The notes under the pieces: model-generated
Databases searched by the model: none
Seen by the model: only the letters and a program-made list of their open reading frames with translations
What the model was told of the DNA's origin: nothing
NCBI GenBank assembly: GCA_002490525.1
Contig: DKUE01000037.1
Coordinates: forward strand, 62,014-126,013
Length of the DNA stretch: 64,000 nt
Direction of reading: 5' to 3'
Source of the DNA: Ruminococcaceae bacterium UBA7212
Lineage (GTDB): Bacteria > Bacillota > Clostridia > Oscillospirales > Acutalibacteraceae
Shown: positions 36,496 to 45,819 of the stretch, piece after piece
Numbering within the stretch: the stretch's first letter is position 1
Layout of the letters: each line of letters starts with the position of its first letter
Made by a program: the position numbers and the translations under genes

Positions 36496-36562
36496 AAGGT
36501 CGTTCCCTGCAAAATGTCCAATTTCATTCTGTTTGCGATTCTTCGCTGCGCTCAGAATAACA
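36496..36562 (-). repeat. REP-like element, family A, copy lacking one hairpin arm
   Basis: AGGTCGTTCCCTGC...GATTCTTCGCTGCGCTCAGAATAACA aligns by eye with 16947-17015. Confidence 0.55.
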
Positions 36563-36619
36563 AAACAGCGGTAGCTGAACGCAGCCCGCTCCAAAAAATC
36601 CCCCTTATTTAGATTGTAT

Positions 36620-37075
36620 TCAACCGTAATATGAATACGGCTCGTGCTCGCGTTCACACATATAAGGGCGTTTTTGAAAGCCTTTTTCTTCAGCAGAGCG
36701 AATCGCCCATTTGGTAAGCTCGGGCACATCTTCATGCGCGAGTGCGGTGGAAATATCCATCCAAAGAATTTCGCTGTTTTCACCGTCACAGGGGTGGGCT
36801 TCCCCCGAAACATATTCCGCACGGAATATCAGATACCAGTCCTTGGCATTTGTCCGCACGCCTACAATCCCTGTCGGACGCACCAAAACACCGGTTTCCT
36901 CCTGCGTTTCACGCACAACGGCTTCCTCCACCGCTTCGCCGAGATTCATATAACCGCCGGGTAAAATCAAATATCCTTTGCCGTCACCGTAGGTATGCCG
37001 TCCCAAAAGCACTTTGCCGTCACGAAAGACAACAGCGGCAACAGATTTTCCCCAGTCTGTATTTCCCGATTCCAT
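36620..37075 (-). CDS. NUDIX hydrolase
   Basis: Nudix box GGYMNLGEAVEEAVVRETQEETG. ATG start after GTGAGG. Confidence 0.8.
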   Translation of the reverse strand: MESGNTDWGKSVAAVVFRDGKVLLGRHTYGDGKGYLILPGGYMNLGEAVEEAVVRETQEETGVLVRPTGIVGVRTNAKDWYLIFRAEYVSGEAHPCDGENSEILWMDISTALAHEDVPELTKWAIRSAEEKGFQKRPYMCEREHEPYSYYG

Positions 37076-37102
37076 GCTGCATACCTCACTTTTCAAAATG
37101 GA

Positions 37103-37540
37103 TTACAGCCACTGTATAAAGGCGGTTTTGTCCCCGCAGTTATAACCTGCCTTTTGATAAAACCGCAGAGTTTCTGCATCCTTTGCACCTGTTAACAGCA
37201 TCATTTTATAGCAGTTGCTATCCTCTGCCGTCTGTTTCGCTTTTTGCAAAACCGCAGTGGCAAAGCCGCGGTTTCGATACGCTTTATGCGTCACCACATT
37301 TTCTATAAATGCATAGGGACGCACCTCGCGCGTCAAATTCGGAATCACCACACACACGCAGGACGATACCAGCTGACCGTTTTCTTCCGCGACAAAAATG
37401 TGATGGTTCCTGTCCTCTGTAATTGTTTGCCAAGTGCGTTCGAGATATTCCGTATTTTCGGGAATTTCGGTTTCGTGCAAATGCAAATACAATTCCAAGA
37501 GTGCATTTAATTCGTCTGCGCGGATTTCACGGACGGTCAT
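37103..37540 (-). CDS. GNAT family N-acetyltransferase
   Basis: VVTHKAYRNRGFATAVL motif A. Start at MTVREI. Confidence 0.8.
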   Translation of the reverse strand: MTVREIRADELNALLELYLHLHETEIPENTEYLERTWQTITEDRNHHIFVAEENGQLVSSCVCVVIPNLTREVRPYAFIENVVTHKAYRNRGFATAVLQKAKQTAEDSNCYKMMLLTGAKDAETLRFYQKAGYNCGDKTAFIQWL

Positions 37541-37580
37541 GGGTTTCATCCCCTTTTCAATAGTTCTATATACAAAGCAG

Positions 37581-37599
37581 GGGCGAACTGTGTTCGCCC
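37581..37599 (-). terminator. Possible terminator hairpin of the parE-parC operon
   Basis: GGGCGAAC / GTTCGCCC stem, weak T-tail. Confidence 0.35.
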
Positions 37600-37623
37600 G
37601 TTGGAGTCGGATGGGGTTTTGGC

Positions 37624-37706
37624 GAAACAACACAATGGTTGTTCCCTACGCGTGCAACCGATTCACTTTGTGCGAAGGGAGATTCTTCGCTTCGCTCGGA
37701 ATGACA
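37624..37706 (-). repeat. REP-like element, family A, full copy abutting the parC stop codon
   Basis: GAAACAAC-ACAATG-GTTGTTCC-CTAC...AGATTCTTCGCTTCGCTCGGAATGACA ends 1 nt before the parC stop. Confidence 0.65.
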
Positions 37707-39944
37707 TTATAAGGTCAGCTGTTCGCCTGCATCCTCCGCAGACAGCAGTGCGCCGGCGGCAGGAAGTGTGCGGGTGCGGTAGCGGGCGGGCTTTTGGAAT
37801 TCACCGTCTTTGTAAGCACGCACGCTCGCGACTCTGTGTCCTTTTTTAAGTGTCATCACCGACACACCCTGTGTATCCTTTGTTGTTTTCGGCGTGATTG
37901 CACCTGTATTCAATAGAAGAATCCGCCCTGCAGTGGACTGCATAACCAATTCACAGTCCTCGGCAATTTGATACATCGCCGCCAGCGGGAATTTTTCACA
38001 ATACGCTTTAATCAGTTTTTTACGATTGGTCTTGGTCTCATAGGCGGTCAAATCCACCTTTGCCACCTTACCGTTTTCAAAGAAAAAGAGCATATACCCC
38101 TTGTAGTCGGTCGTTACTGCCATATAAATTGCGGATTCACCCGCATCCATATGCAATTTGGATGCAACAAAGTCGCCTAAAACGCTTGCTTTACTGTCGT
38201 CAAAGTCCGCCGCTTTCGCCTTATAAACCTGACAACGGTCGGTAAAGAACAACAAATCGGTATTATTGGTCGCCTCCAACGTCTCTATAATGCTGTCGCC
38301 CTCTTTGAGCTTCTGCTCACCGCTCATGCGCAGAGACTGCGGGGTGATTTTTTTGAAATACCCCTCTTTGGTAAAGAACAAATGCACAGGATAATCAGGG
38401 ATTTCCTCGATTTCCGCATCCTCTTCCTCGGCGGCAGCATAAATAATCTCGGTACGGCGGGGCTTATTATATTTCTCAACAACCGTTTCCAATTCGTTTA
38501 CAATAATCTTTTTAATGCGCGCCTTGCTCGAGAGAATATCCTCCATATCCTCAATATTTTTGCGCAGTTCTTCGATATCCTTGGTGCGCTTGAGGATATA
38601 TTCGCGGTTCAAATGGCGCAGTTTGATTTCCGCAACATATTCCGCCTGAATTTTGTCGATGCCGAAGCCAATCATCAAGTTCGGCACGACTTCAGCTTCT
38701 TCCTCGGTGGAGCGGATAATGCGAATCGCTTTGTCAATATCGAGAAGAATCTTCTGCAAGCCCTCTAGCAGGTGCAAACGGTCCTTTGCTTTTGATAAAT
38801 CAAAATAGACACGGCGGCTGACACATTCCATGCGGAAAGCAATCCACTCGAGAAGCAAATCCCGCACACCCAAAACGCGCGGTACGCCCGCAATCAACAC
38901 GTTAAAGTTGCAGGCAAAGGAATCCTCCAGCGGTGTGGATTTAAACAGCTTGCGCATCAGTTTTTCAGGGTCCGTGCTGCGCTTCAAATCTATTGTAATT
39001 TTTAAGCCTTTTTTATCGGTCTCATCACGGACATCGGCGATTTCCCGTGCCGCACCGCTTTTCACTTTTTCAATAATTTTATCAATAATCGCCTCGGCGG
39101 TAGTGGTCGGCGGAATTTCGGTAATATCGATACAGTTGTTGGGCTTGTCGTAAGCATATTTGGAACGCACCTTAAAGCTGCCGCGTCCCGTGCGGAAGAT
39201 TTCACGCATCTGTGCGTCATCATACACAATCTGCCCGCCGCCGATAAAATCCGGTGCCTTTACCGCTTCGTTAATATCACAGTCAGGATTTTTAATCAAA
39301 CCCACCGTGGCATCGCAAATCTCTTTTAAATTAAAGGAGCAAATGGACGATGCCATACCGACGGCGATACCCGTATTTGCATTGACAAGCACGGACGGGA
39401 ATGTCACGGGAAAGAGCGTCGGCTCTTTCATAGTATTGTCGTAGTTATCTACAAAATCGACGGTATCCTTGTCAATATCGGCAAACAGCTCGGCGGCAAT
39501 CGGCTCCAACTTCGCCTCGGTATAACGGGATGCCGCATACTGCATATTCCTTGAATACGCTTTACCGAAGTTTCCTTTGGAAAGGACATACGGATATAAA
39601 AGTGCTTCGTTGCCGCGCGACAGGCGCACCATGGTTTCATAAATTGTCGCGTCACCGTGCGGATTCAACTGCATAGTGCGCCCGACGATATTCGCCGATT
39701 TAATCGTCGAACCGTTTAACAGTCCCATTTTATACATCGTATAGAGCAGCTTTCTGTGCGAGGGCTTAAAGCCATCGATTTCGGGAATCGCACGCGACAT
39801 AATCACACTCATGGCATATGGCATATAGTTCGTTTCGAGCGTTTCTGTAATGAACTGCTCCACGACCTCGCCCGCGCCTAAAATGTGCGCGTTCGGCTGT
39901 AATGCTTCCTCTTGTGTTTCTTTTTTCTTCGGTTTTCTGGGCAT
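37707..39944 (-). CDS. parC: Type IIA topoisomerase subunit A, topoisomerase IV ParC-like
   Basis: 745 aa. YAMSVIMSRAIPEIDGFKPSHRK with the active-site region. Short C-terminal domain, and I see no GyrA-box (QRRGGKG). Confidence 0.8.
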   Translation of the reverse strand: MPRKPKKKETQEEALQPNAHILGAGEVVEQFITETLETNYMPYAMSVIMSRAIPEIDGFKPSHRKLLYTMYKMGLLNGSTIKSANIVGRTMQLNPHGDATIYETMVRLSRGNEALLYPYVLSKGNFGKAYSRNMQYAASRYTEAKLEPIAAELFADIDKDTVDFVDNYDNTMKEPTLFPVTFPSVLVNANTGIAVGMASSICSFNLKEICDATVGLIKNPDCDINEAVKAPDFIGGGQIVYDDAQMREIFRTGRGSFKVRSKYAYDKPNNCIDITEIPPTTTAEAIIDKIIEKVKSGAAREIADVRDETDKKGLKITIDLKRSTDPEKLMRKLFKSTPLEDSFACNFNVLIAGVPRVLGVRDLLLEWIAFRMECVSRRVYFDLSKAKDRLHLLEGLQKILLDIDKAIRIIRSTEEEAEVVPNLMIGFGIDKIQAEYVAEIKLRHLNREYILKRTKDIEELRKNIEDMEDILSSKARIKKIIVNELETVVEKYNKPRRTEIIYAAAEEEDAEIEEIPDYPVHLFFTKEGYFKKITPQSLRMSGEQKLKEGDSIIETLEATNNTDLLFFTDRCQVYKAKAADFDDSKASVLGDFVASKLHMDAGESAIYMAVTTDYKGYMLFFFENGKVAKVDLTAYETKTNRKKLIKAYCEKFPLAAMYQIAEDCELVMQSTAGRILLLNTGAITPKTTKDTQGVSVMTLKKGHRVASVRAYKDGEFQKPARYRTRTLPAAGALLSAEDAGEQLTL

Positions 39945-39986
39945 TGGATTTTACTCCTTATTCATACGGTATGAAAAAAATATACG

Positions 39987-40056
39987 GGATTCTGTAAAAC
40001 TGTCATTCTGCACCGTCAGGCAAGATTCGCACATCCTACAATCTGTCATTCTGAGC
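39987..40056 (+). repeat. REP-like element, family A, partial copy in opposite orientation (parE-parC spacer)
   Basis: The reverse complement reads GCTCAGAATGACA-gattgta-GGATGTGCGAATCTTGCCTGACGGTGCAGAATGACA, preceded by GGATTCTG. Confidence 0.5.
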
Positions 40057-40062
40057 CTTATG

Positions 40063-42051
40063 TTACGACACATCCGTCAAATCAAGATACATATATCCGT
40101 TTTCGGCAATGTAGTCTTTGCGCCCCTGTAAATTGTCGCCCAACAACAAATCAAATTTATCGGCAACCGCTTCGGGGGAATAGTCGGGTTCGACCTTAAT
40201 CAGACGGCGGGTTTTCGGGTTCATGGTGGTCAGCCACATCATATCCGCCTCGTTTTCACCGAGTCCCTTAGAACGCTGAATGGTGAATTTACGGTCACCG
40301 ATTTCCGCGAGCGCCTCCTGCTTTTCCTTCTCGGTATAGCAGAACCATGTTTCGTCTTTTGTGTTAATCTCGTAAAGCGGAGATTCGGCAATATACACCT
40401 TACCCTCACGAATCAGCGTCGGCATCAATCTATAAATCATCGTCAAAATCAGCGTGCGAATCTGGAACCCGTCCACGTCGGCATCGGTGCAAATGATGAC
40501 CTTGCTCCAGCGCAGATTGTCCAGATTAAAGGATGAAAGCTCCTTGCTTGCCTTGCCCGTGACTTCCACGCCGCAGCCAAGCACCTTAATTAAATCCGTA
40601 ATAATCTCACTTTTGAAAATTTTGTTATACTCCGCTTTTAAGCAGTTGAGAATTTTACCGCGCACGGGGATAATCGCCTGAAAAGCTGAATCCCGTGCCT
40701 GCTTACAGGCACCGAGTGCCGAATCGCCTTCCACAATAAAAATCTCGCGCTCGTTTACATCCTTAGAGCGGCAATCCACAAATTTTTCCACACGGTTTGA
40801 GAGGTCGTTGCCGCTTTGCAACGTTTTTTTGATGTTTAAGCGGGTCGTTTCCGCTTTGATGCGCGAGCGCATATTAATCAGCACCTGATTGGCAACCTTT
40901 TCGCCGTCCAGCGGGTTTTCTAAGAAATAGACCTCTAACTGATGACGGAAAAATTCCGTCATAGCCTCTTGAATAAATTTATTTGTAATCGCTTTTTTAG
41001 TTTGGTTTTCATAAGAAGTTTGCGTGGAGAACGAAGACACCACCAGCACCAAACAATCCTCAATATCCTGAAAATTCACCTTGCTGTCGGTTTTTAAGTA
41101 TTTGCCGTTCGCCTTTAAATACGCGTCAATCTGCGAAACGAACGCACTGCGCACCGCTTTTTCGGGCGCACCGCCGTGCTCCAAGAAACTGGAATTGTGG
41201 TAATATTCCTTTAACTGTTTTTTATTGGAAAAACAAAGCGCCGCATTGATTTTCACCTTGTATTCAGGCTTGTCCGCACGGTCGCGCCCCTTGCGCTCCG
41301 TCTGCCAAAACTGCACATCGGAAAGGGTCTCGGTATCGCCGACAAATTCCTTTACATAATCCGTTATACCGTTTTCATAAATGTATTCATAGGTATCAAA
41401 GGTATTGGCGGTAACCTGGTCTTTTAAAATAAACCGTACGCCCGCATTGACAACGGATTGGCGGCGAATCGTCTCCTGATAATATTCCAGCGGAATATCA
41501 ATATCGGTAAAGACCTTTAAGTCGGGCTTCCAGCGAATCCGCGAACCGGTATCTTTTTTATGGTAAGGCTCGCGCTGTAATTCCCCATCGGGATTTCCCT
41601 CTTTAAAGCGCATCACATAACGCGTACCGTTTTTGTGAATTTCCGCTTCCATATATTCCGAAGCATACTGCGTAGAGCAAAGTCCCAAGCCGTTGAGTCC
41701 TAAAGAATACTCATAGCTGCCGCCGTCGTTGGTATTGTATTTGCCGCCCGCGTACATCTCGCAGAAAACCAGTTCCCAGTTATAACGCTGTTCGTTTTCA
41801 TTAAAGTCCATCGGAATACCGCGTCCGAAGTCCTGCACCTCAATGGATTTGTCCAAGTAGCGCGTGACAATAATTCTGTCGCCGTGCCCCTCTCGTGCCT
41901 CGTCTATGGAATTGGAGAGAATCTCAAACACCGCATGCTGACAGCCGTCAATACCGTCCGAGCCGAAAATGACGGCAGGACGTTTGCGGACACGGTCCGC
42001 GCCCTTTAACTGTGATATGCTTTCTTCGGTATACGCCGCTTTTTTTGCCAT
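40063..42051 (-). CDS. parE: Type IIA topoisomerase subunit B, ParE-like
   Basis: 662 aa. GHKL ATPase (EILSNSIDEA), Toprim (EIFIVEGDSA) and PLRGKILN-type motifs. Confidence 0.85.
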   Translation of the reverse strand: MAKKAAYTEESISQLKGADRVRKRPAVIFGSDGIDGCQHAVFEILSNSIDEAREGHGDRIIVTRYLDKSIEVQDFGRGIPMDFNENEQRYNWELVFCEMYAGGKYNTNDGGSYEYSLGLNGLGLCSTQYASEYMEAEIHKNGTRYVMRFKEGNPDGELQREPYHKKDTGSRIRWKPDLKVFTDIDIPLEYYQETIRRQSVVNAGVRFILKDQVTANTFDTYEYIYENGITDYVKEFVGDTETLSDVQFWQTERKGRDRADKPEYKVKINAALCFSNKKQLKEYYHNSSFLEHGGAPEKAVRSAFVSQIDAYLKANGKYLKTDSKVNFQDIEDCLVLVVSSFSTQTSYENQTKKAITNKFIQEAMTEFFRHQLEVYFLENPLDGEKVANQVLINMRSRIKAETTRLNIKKTLQSGNDLSNRVEKFVDCRSKDVNEREIFIVEGDSALGACKQARDSAFQAIIPVRGKILNCLKAEYNKIFKSEIITDLIKVLGCGVEVTGKASKELSSFNLDNLRWSKVIICTDADVDGFQIRTLILTMIYRLMPTLIREGKVYIAESPLYEINTKDETWFCYTEKEKQEALAEIGDRKFTIQRSKGLGENEADMMWLTTMNPKTRRLIKVEPDYSPEAVADKFDLLLGDNLQGRKDYIAENGYMYLDLTDVS

Positions 42052-42147
42052 TGCTTCAATGCATCCTTTTTCAGAAATTCAAATTGCAAAATTTTACCGC
42101 TATATATTTTACACGATATATAGCGGTTTCGTCAAGGTTATATAGTT

Positions 42148-42384
42148 TTATTTTGTGCTTTTTGCCGTTTCACCGATATATGTAAATCGGCTTTGCCTTA
42201 TACCGTTCCGCTCCATGGTTTCATTCCACATCGAAAGCGGACGCGCCCACACGCCGCCATCGCCGTACAGTGCGCGATACACGACCATCGGTTCCAAAGT
42301 TTCACTGTGCGTTGCAACCGCGAGCACTTCATATTCATTTCCTTTAAAATGGCGATATCTGCCGAGTTTTACAGATTCATTCAT
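42148..42384 (-). CDS. DUF1653 family protein
   Basis: YRHFKGNEYEVLAVATHSETLEPMVVYRALYG is the typical DUF1653 core. Confidence 0.7.
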   Translation of the reverse strand: MNESVKLGRYRHFKGNEYEVLAVATHSETLEPMVVYRALYGDGGVWARPLSMWNETMERNGIRQSRFTYIGETAKSTK

Positions 42385-42590
42385 TTGGGCTTTCTCTCCA
42401 ATTTCCGCCTGTTGCCGTGTTCGTCCACAAGATAGGTGTTATCCAGTTGTGCACGCAGTCCGCGTTTAAAGGACTCCACATACTCACGGCGCAGTACCGC
42501 CTGCTCTTCTTTTTCCGCTTCGGTCAAGCCCTCGGGTGTTTTCGACTTCTTTGCCAAAAAATTGATTCTGTCTACTTTTGCCTGTTCCAT
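42381..42590 (-). CDS. DUF896 (UPF0291) family protein
   Basis: INFLAKKSKTPEGLTEAEKEEQAVLRREY pattern. Start at MEQAKV after AGAGGGA. Confidence 0.7.
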   Translation of the reverse strand: MEQAKVDRINFLAKKSKTPEGLTEAEKEEQAVLRREYVESFKRGLRAQLDNTYLVDEHGNRRKLERKPK

Positions 42591-42712
42591 CTTTTTCCCT
42601 CTTTGTAAATATTCTGACAAAATTAGTATACCCGATTTCTTTTTGGTTGTAAATAGGTAAGGTTTTGTGGTAGAATACCTATTAAGTATTCTGTGCGAAA
42701 GAGGAACGGAAA

Positions 42713-44044
42713 ATGCCCGAAATCAAAGCGCCCGAACAAGTGAAAACCGCCTTGCGGCTGCTGCAGGACAATGGTTTTGAAAGCTATGCCGTGGGCGGCT
42801 GCGTGCGCGACTGCCTGCTGGGCGGCACGCCTGCGGATTGGGATATTACAACCTCTGCCCGCCCGCAGGAAACAGAAAGGGTGTTTCAAAATTACCGCAT
42901 CATTGAAACCGGCTTACAGCATGGCACGGTCACTGTAATTTTGGAAGATATGCCGCTGGAAATTACAACCTTTCGCATAGACGGTAACTATCTCGATACA
43001 CGTCACCCAAAAAACGTAACCTTTACGCGCACCCTATGGGATGACCTTGCACGGCGGGACTTTACGGTCAACACGCTTTGTTGGAATGAAACGGACGGCA
43101 TTGTGGATTTATTCGGCGGCACAGCGGATTTGCAAAAGAAAATCCTGCGTACGGTCGGCGACCCCGATATGCGGTTTCAAGAGGACGCCCTGCGGATTCT
43201 GCGCGGGATTCGGTTTGCCTCCGTGCTCGGCTTTACCTTAGAAGAAGAAACCGCAGACAGTATTCTTCGAAACCGTCAGCTGTTGTCCGCCGTTGCCAAC
43301 GAGCGTATTCGCACAGAATTCGGGAAGCTTCTCTGCGGACAAAACGCCTCGCAGATTTTAGAGCGATTTCACGGGGTTGTTGAGATTTTCATCCCCGAAC
43401 TGCGCCCTTTGGTCGGCTGTCCGCAAAATACACATTACCACTGCTTTGACGTGTTTCACCACACACTTACAGCACTTGAAAACATTCCGGCTTTAGAAAT
43501 TCCGCGGCTTTGTATGTTTTTTCACGATTTCGGCAAGCCCGACTGTCGGCGCACCGATGCGGATGGGACAGACCATTTCAAGGGGCACGAGCAAACAAGC
43601 GCAGAAATCGCCGAGCGGGTTTTGCGGCGGTTACGGTATGACAACCGTACCGTAAAAACTGTAACCGAACGGATTCGGATTCACGACACAAAATCAGCTG
43701 TGACGAAAATACAGGCAAAGAAACTGCTTGCAAAAATCGGTGTGGAAAACTACTGCGCACTTATGGATATCAAACTTGCGGACTGCCGCGGAAAAGCCGC
43801 TCCGCACGCCATAGATGAAAAACTCAAAAAAATGGATGCGCTTTTACAGGAAATTCTCACAAACTGCGAATGTTTTTCGCTGAAACAGCTCGCTGTAAAC
43901 GGCAATGATTTAAAGGCAGTCGGCATCACGGACGGCAAACTCATACACAATGCTTTAGAGAACTTACTCCTCGCAGTTATAGAAGAACGGTGTCCGAATG
44001 AAAAAACGGCATTGTTGGAATTTGCAAAGCAATTGTCTTTCTAA
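42713..44044 (+). CDS. cca: CCA-adding tRNA nucleotidyltransferase with HD domain
   Basis: GGCVRDCLLG...DWDITT polymerase-beta head, RDFTVN, HD region HDFGK. Confidence 0.85.
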   Translation: MPEIKAPEQVKTALRLLQDNGFESYAVGGCVRDCLLGGTPADWDITTSARPQETERVFQNYRIIETGLQHGTVTVILEDMPLEITTFRIDGNYLDTRHPKNVTFTRTLWDDLARRDFTVNTLCWNETDGIVDLFGGTADLQKKILRTVGDPDMRFQEDALRILRGIRFASVLGFTLEEETADSILRNRQLLSAVANERIRTEFGKLLCGQNASQILERFHGVVEIFIPELRPLVGCPQNTHYHCFDVFHHTLTALENIPALEIPRLCMFFHDFGKPDCRRTDADGTDHFKGHEQTSAEIAERVLRRLRYDNRTVKTVTERIRIHDTKSAVTKIQAKKLLAKIGVENYCALMDIKLADCRGKAAPHAIDEKLKKMDALLQEILTNCECFSLKQLAVNGNDLKAVGITDGKLIHNALENLLLAVIEERCPNEKTALLEFAKQLSF

Positions 44045-44097
44045 GCTGAGCGCTTTCTTTCTCTATGTTATTCTGAACCGCAGGTGAAGAACGACAA

Positions 44098-44179
44098 GTA
44101 GGGAACGACCTCTGTGTCGTTCCGTAGGGGGGAACAGATTTCCGCGTTTGCTCGGGCGAATGCAGGCATCCGCCCCTAC
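44098..44179. repeat. Inverted doublet of GTAG-hairpin elements (REPIN-like)
   Basis: Plus strand: GTAG-GGAACGAC-CTCTGT-GTCGTTCC at 44098-44123. Minus strand: GTAG-GGGCGGATGC-CT-GCATTCGCCC at 44179-44154. Confidence 0.6.
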
Positions 44180-44182
44180 TTA

Positions 44183-44222
44183 TAAAAAATAAGCACGCGG
44201 CTCTTTTCGAAACTGCGTGCTC
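44183..44222 (-). terminator. Terminator of the rubrerythrin gene
   Basis: AGCACGC / GCGTGCT stem followed on the minus strand by TATTTTTT. Confidence 0.5.
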
Positions 44223-44257
44223 ATTTCTATTTTTCAAGTAAGCGTACAACAAATAGA

Positions 44258-44803
44258 TTATTTGAAATAACGAGCGAGAAGGCCTTCAAAAGCTTTGCCG
44301 TGGCGAGCTTCGTCACGTGCCATTTCGTGAACGGTGTCGTGAATTGCGTCCAGTCCCTCTTCTTTTGCGCGCTTTGCAAGCTCAAACTTGCCCATAGTTG
44401 CGCCGTTTTCTGCCTCTACGCGCATTTCCAAGTTCTTTTTGGTGCTGTCGGTAACCACTTCGCCAAGCAGTTCCGCAAATTTTGCAGCGTGCTCTGCCTC
44501 TTCATAAGCCGCTTTTTCCCAATACAGACCGATTTCAGGATAGCCTTCTCTGTGTGCAACGCGAGCCATGGCAAGATACATACCGACCTCGGTGCATTCA
44601 CCGCTGAAGTTTGCACGAAGTCCTTCCATAATATCTTCGGGAGCGCCGTTGGCAACGCCGACAACATGCTCAGCCGCCCAAGTCTTAGAATTTTCTTCTA
44701 CAACCTTGAATTTCGAGCCGGGTACGCCGCACTGGGGGCATTTTTCGGGCGGGGTGTCGCCTTCATGGACATAACCGCAAACGGGGCAAACAAATTTTTT
44801 CAT
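44258..44803 (-). CDS. rbr: Reverse rubrerythrin (N-terminal rubredoxin-like domain, C-terminal diiron ferritin-like domain)
   Basis: CPVCGY...CPQCG comes first, then ExxH diiron motifs ([18 protein letters not shown]). Confidence 0.9.
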   Translation of the reverse strand: MKKFVCPVCGYVHEGDTPPEKCPQCGVPGSKFKVVEENSKTWAAEHVVGVANGAPEDIMEGLRANFSGECTEVGMYLAMARVAHREGYPEIGLYWEKAAYEEAEHAAKFAELLGEVVTDSTKKNLEMRVEAENGATMGKFELAKRAKEEGLDAIHDTVHEMARDEARHGKAFEGLLARYFK

Positions 44804-44831
44804 AACAATTCCTCCAAAAAATTATAATACA

Positions 44832-45230
44832 TTATATATTTTGTTCGGTTTGTCTGTGGCAATTCGCACAGACGCCGAAAAAAATCAAGTTACAGCCGTA
44901 TATTTCGCCGGCATATGCAGAATTCCGCGGCAAAGCCTCTAACGCGTCATTCAAATCAGGTAAATCGTAAAATCGACCGCAGCGTGTACATTTTAAATGT
45001 GCGTGACTGTGCGCCGTGGCGTCGTAGTGTTCTTCTCCGCCGTCGGAAAGGCGCAGAATCTGCCCGCTTTCACACAATGTATTCAAATTGCGGTACATGG
45101 TACCGAGACTTAAATTGGGGATTTCCTCCCGCACGGAAAGATACAGTTCCATCGCCGTGGGGTGGTCGCAGCGGTTTTGCAGATTGCATAAAATTGCATC
45201 GCGCTGTCGGCTTTTTCTGACCTGGGGCAT
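44832..45230 (-). CDS. perR: Fur-family repressor, PerR-like
   Basis: RQRDAILCNL...HPTAMELY wHTH, HAHLKCTRCG and CANC zinc sites. Start at MPQVRK. Confidence 0.8.
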   Translation of the reverse strand: MPQVRKSRQRDAILCNLQNRCDHPTAMELYLSVREEIPNLSLGTMYRNLNTLCESGQILRLSDGGEEHYDATAHSHAHLKCTRCGRFYDLPDLNDALEALPRNSAYAGEIYGCNLIFFGVCANCHRQTEQNI

Positions 45231-45253
45231 GGAAACCGTCCTTTCAAAATCAA

Positions 45254-45268
45254 TAATAATAATTATTA
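45254..45268. promoter_or_regulatory. Fur/PerR-box candidate
   Basis: TAATAAT-A-ATTATTA perfect 7-1-7 palindrome just downstream of the -10. Confidence 0.45.
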
Positions 45269-45273
45269 CTGTT

Positions 45274-45301
45274 ATTATAACAGGATTTTTAGAATTGTCA
45301 A
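45274..45301 (-). promoter_or_regulatory. Putative perR-rbr promoter
   Basis: Minus strand TTGACA, 16 nt, TATAAT. Confidence 0.5.
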
Positions 45302-45431
45302 GCAAATTTTTCCGTTTTTTTAATTTTTTCCAATGTTTTGCAAGTCTAAACAGTTCTCTAAGACTTTCCGTACCATAGAGAACGACCGATGAAGCGTTCC
45401 GAAAAGATTTACAAATAAATCAGATTCACCC

Positions 45432-45460
45432 ATAGTGGACGCCGACTCGGCGCCACTACT
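45432..45460 (-). repeat. Solitary GTAG-hairpin (REP-like, different stem sequence)
   Basis: Minus strand GTAG-TGGCGCCG-AGT-CGGCGTCCA-CTAT. Confidence 0.3.
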
Positions 45461-45576
45461 GTTTTGTACCTTTTAACAATGATGAAAAACGGACTGTTTT
45501 TACGCTACAGCGTATTTTCTATGTTGTAACGTATACGTTGAAACGTAGAATTGGATACACTTGTATTGGTGATAAT

Positions 45577-45819
45577 ATGAGTGTAAAAGATGCTATCGTA
45601 CAAAGACTTGACCAATTATGTGCAGAACGTCAACTGACTTACAATGCTTTGGCAACAATTTCGGGGATTACGCCTTCAACCGTATATAGTCTAATGAAAA
45701 ACGGCTATCGAGATTTAACGGTTGTTACGCTGAAAAAACTCTGTGACGGGTTGGAAATCACGCTTGGTGAATTTTTCTCTACGCCCGAATTTGATGCATT
45801 GGAACAGGAAATCAAATGA
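45577..45819 (+). CDS. XRE-family HTH transcriptional regulator
   Basis: LTYNALATISGITPSTVYSLMKNG HTH. Its stop overlaps the comFC start (ATGA). Confidence 0.7.
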   Translation: MSVKDAIVQRLDQLCAERQLTYNALATISGITPSTVYSLMKNGYRDLTVVTLKKLCDGLEITLGEFFSTPEFDALEQEIK

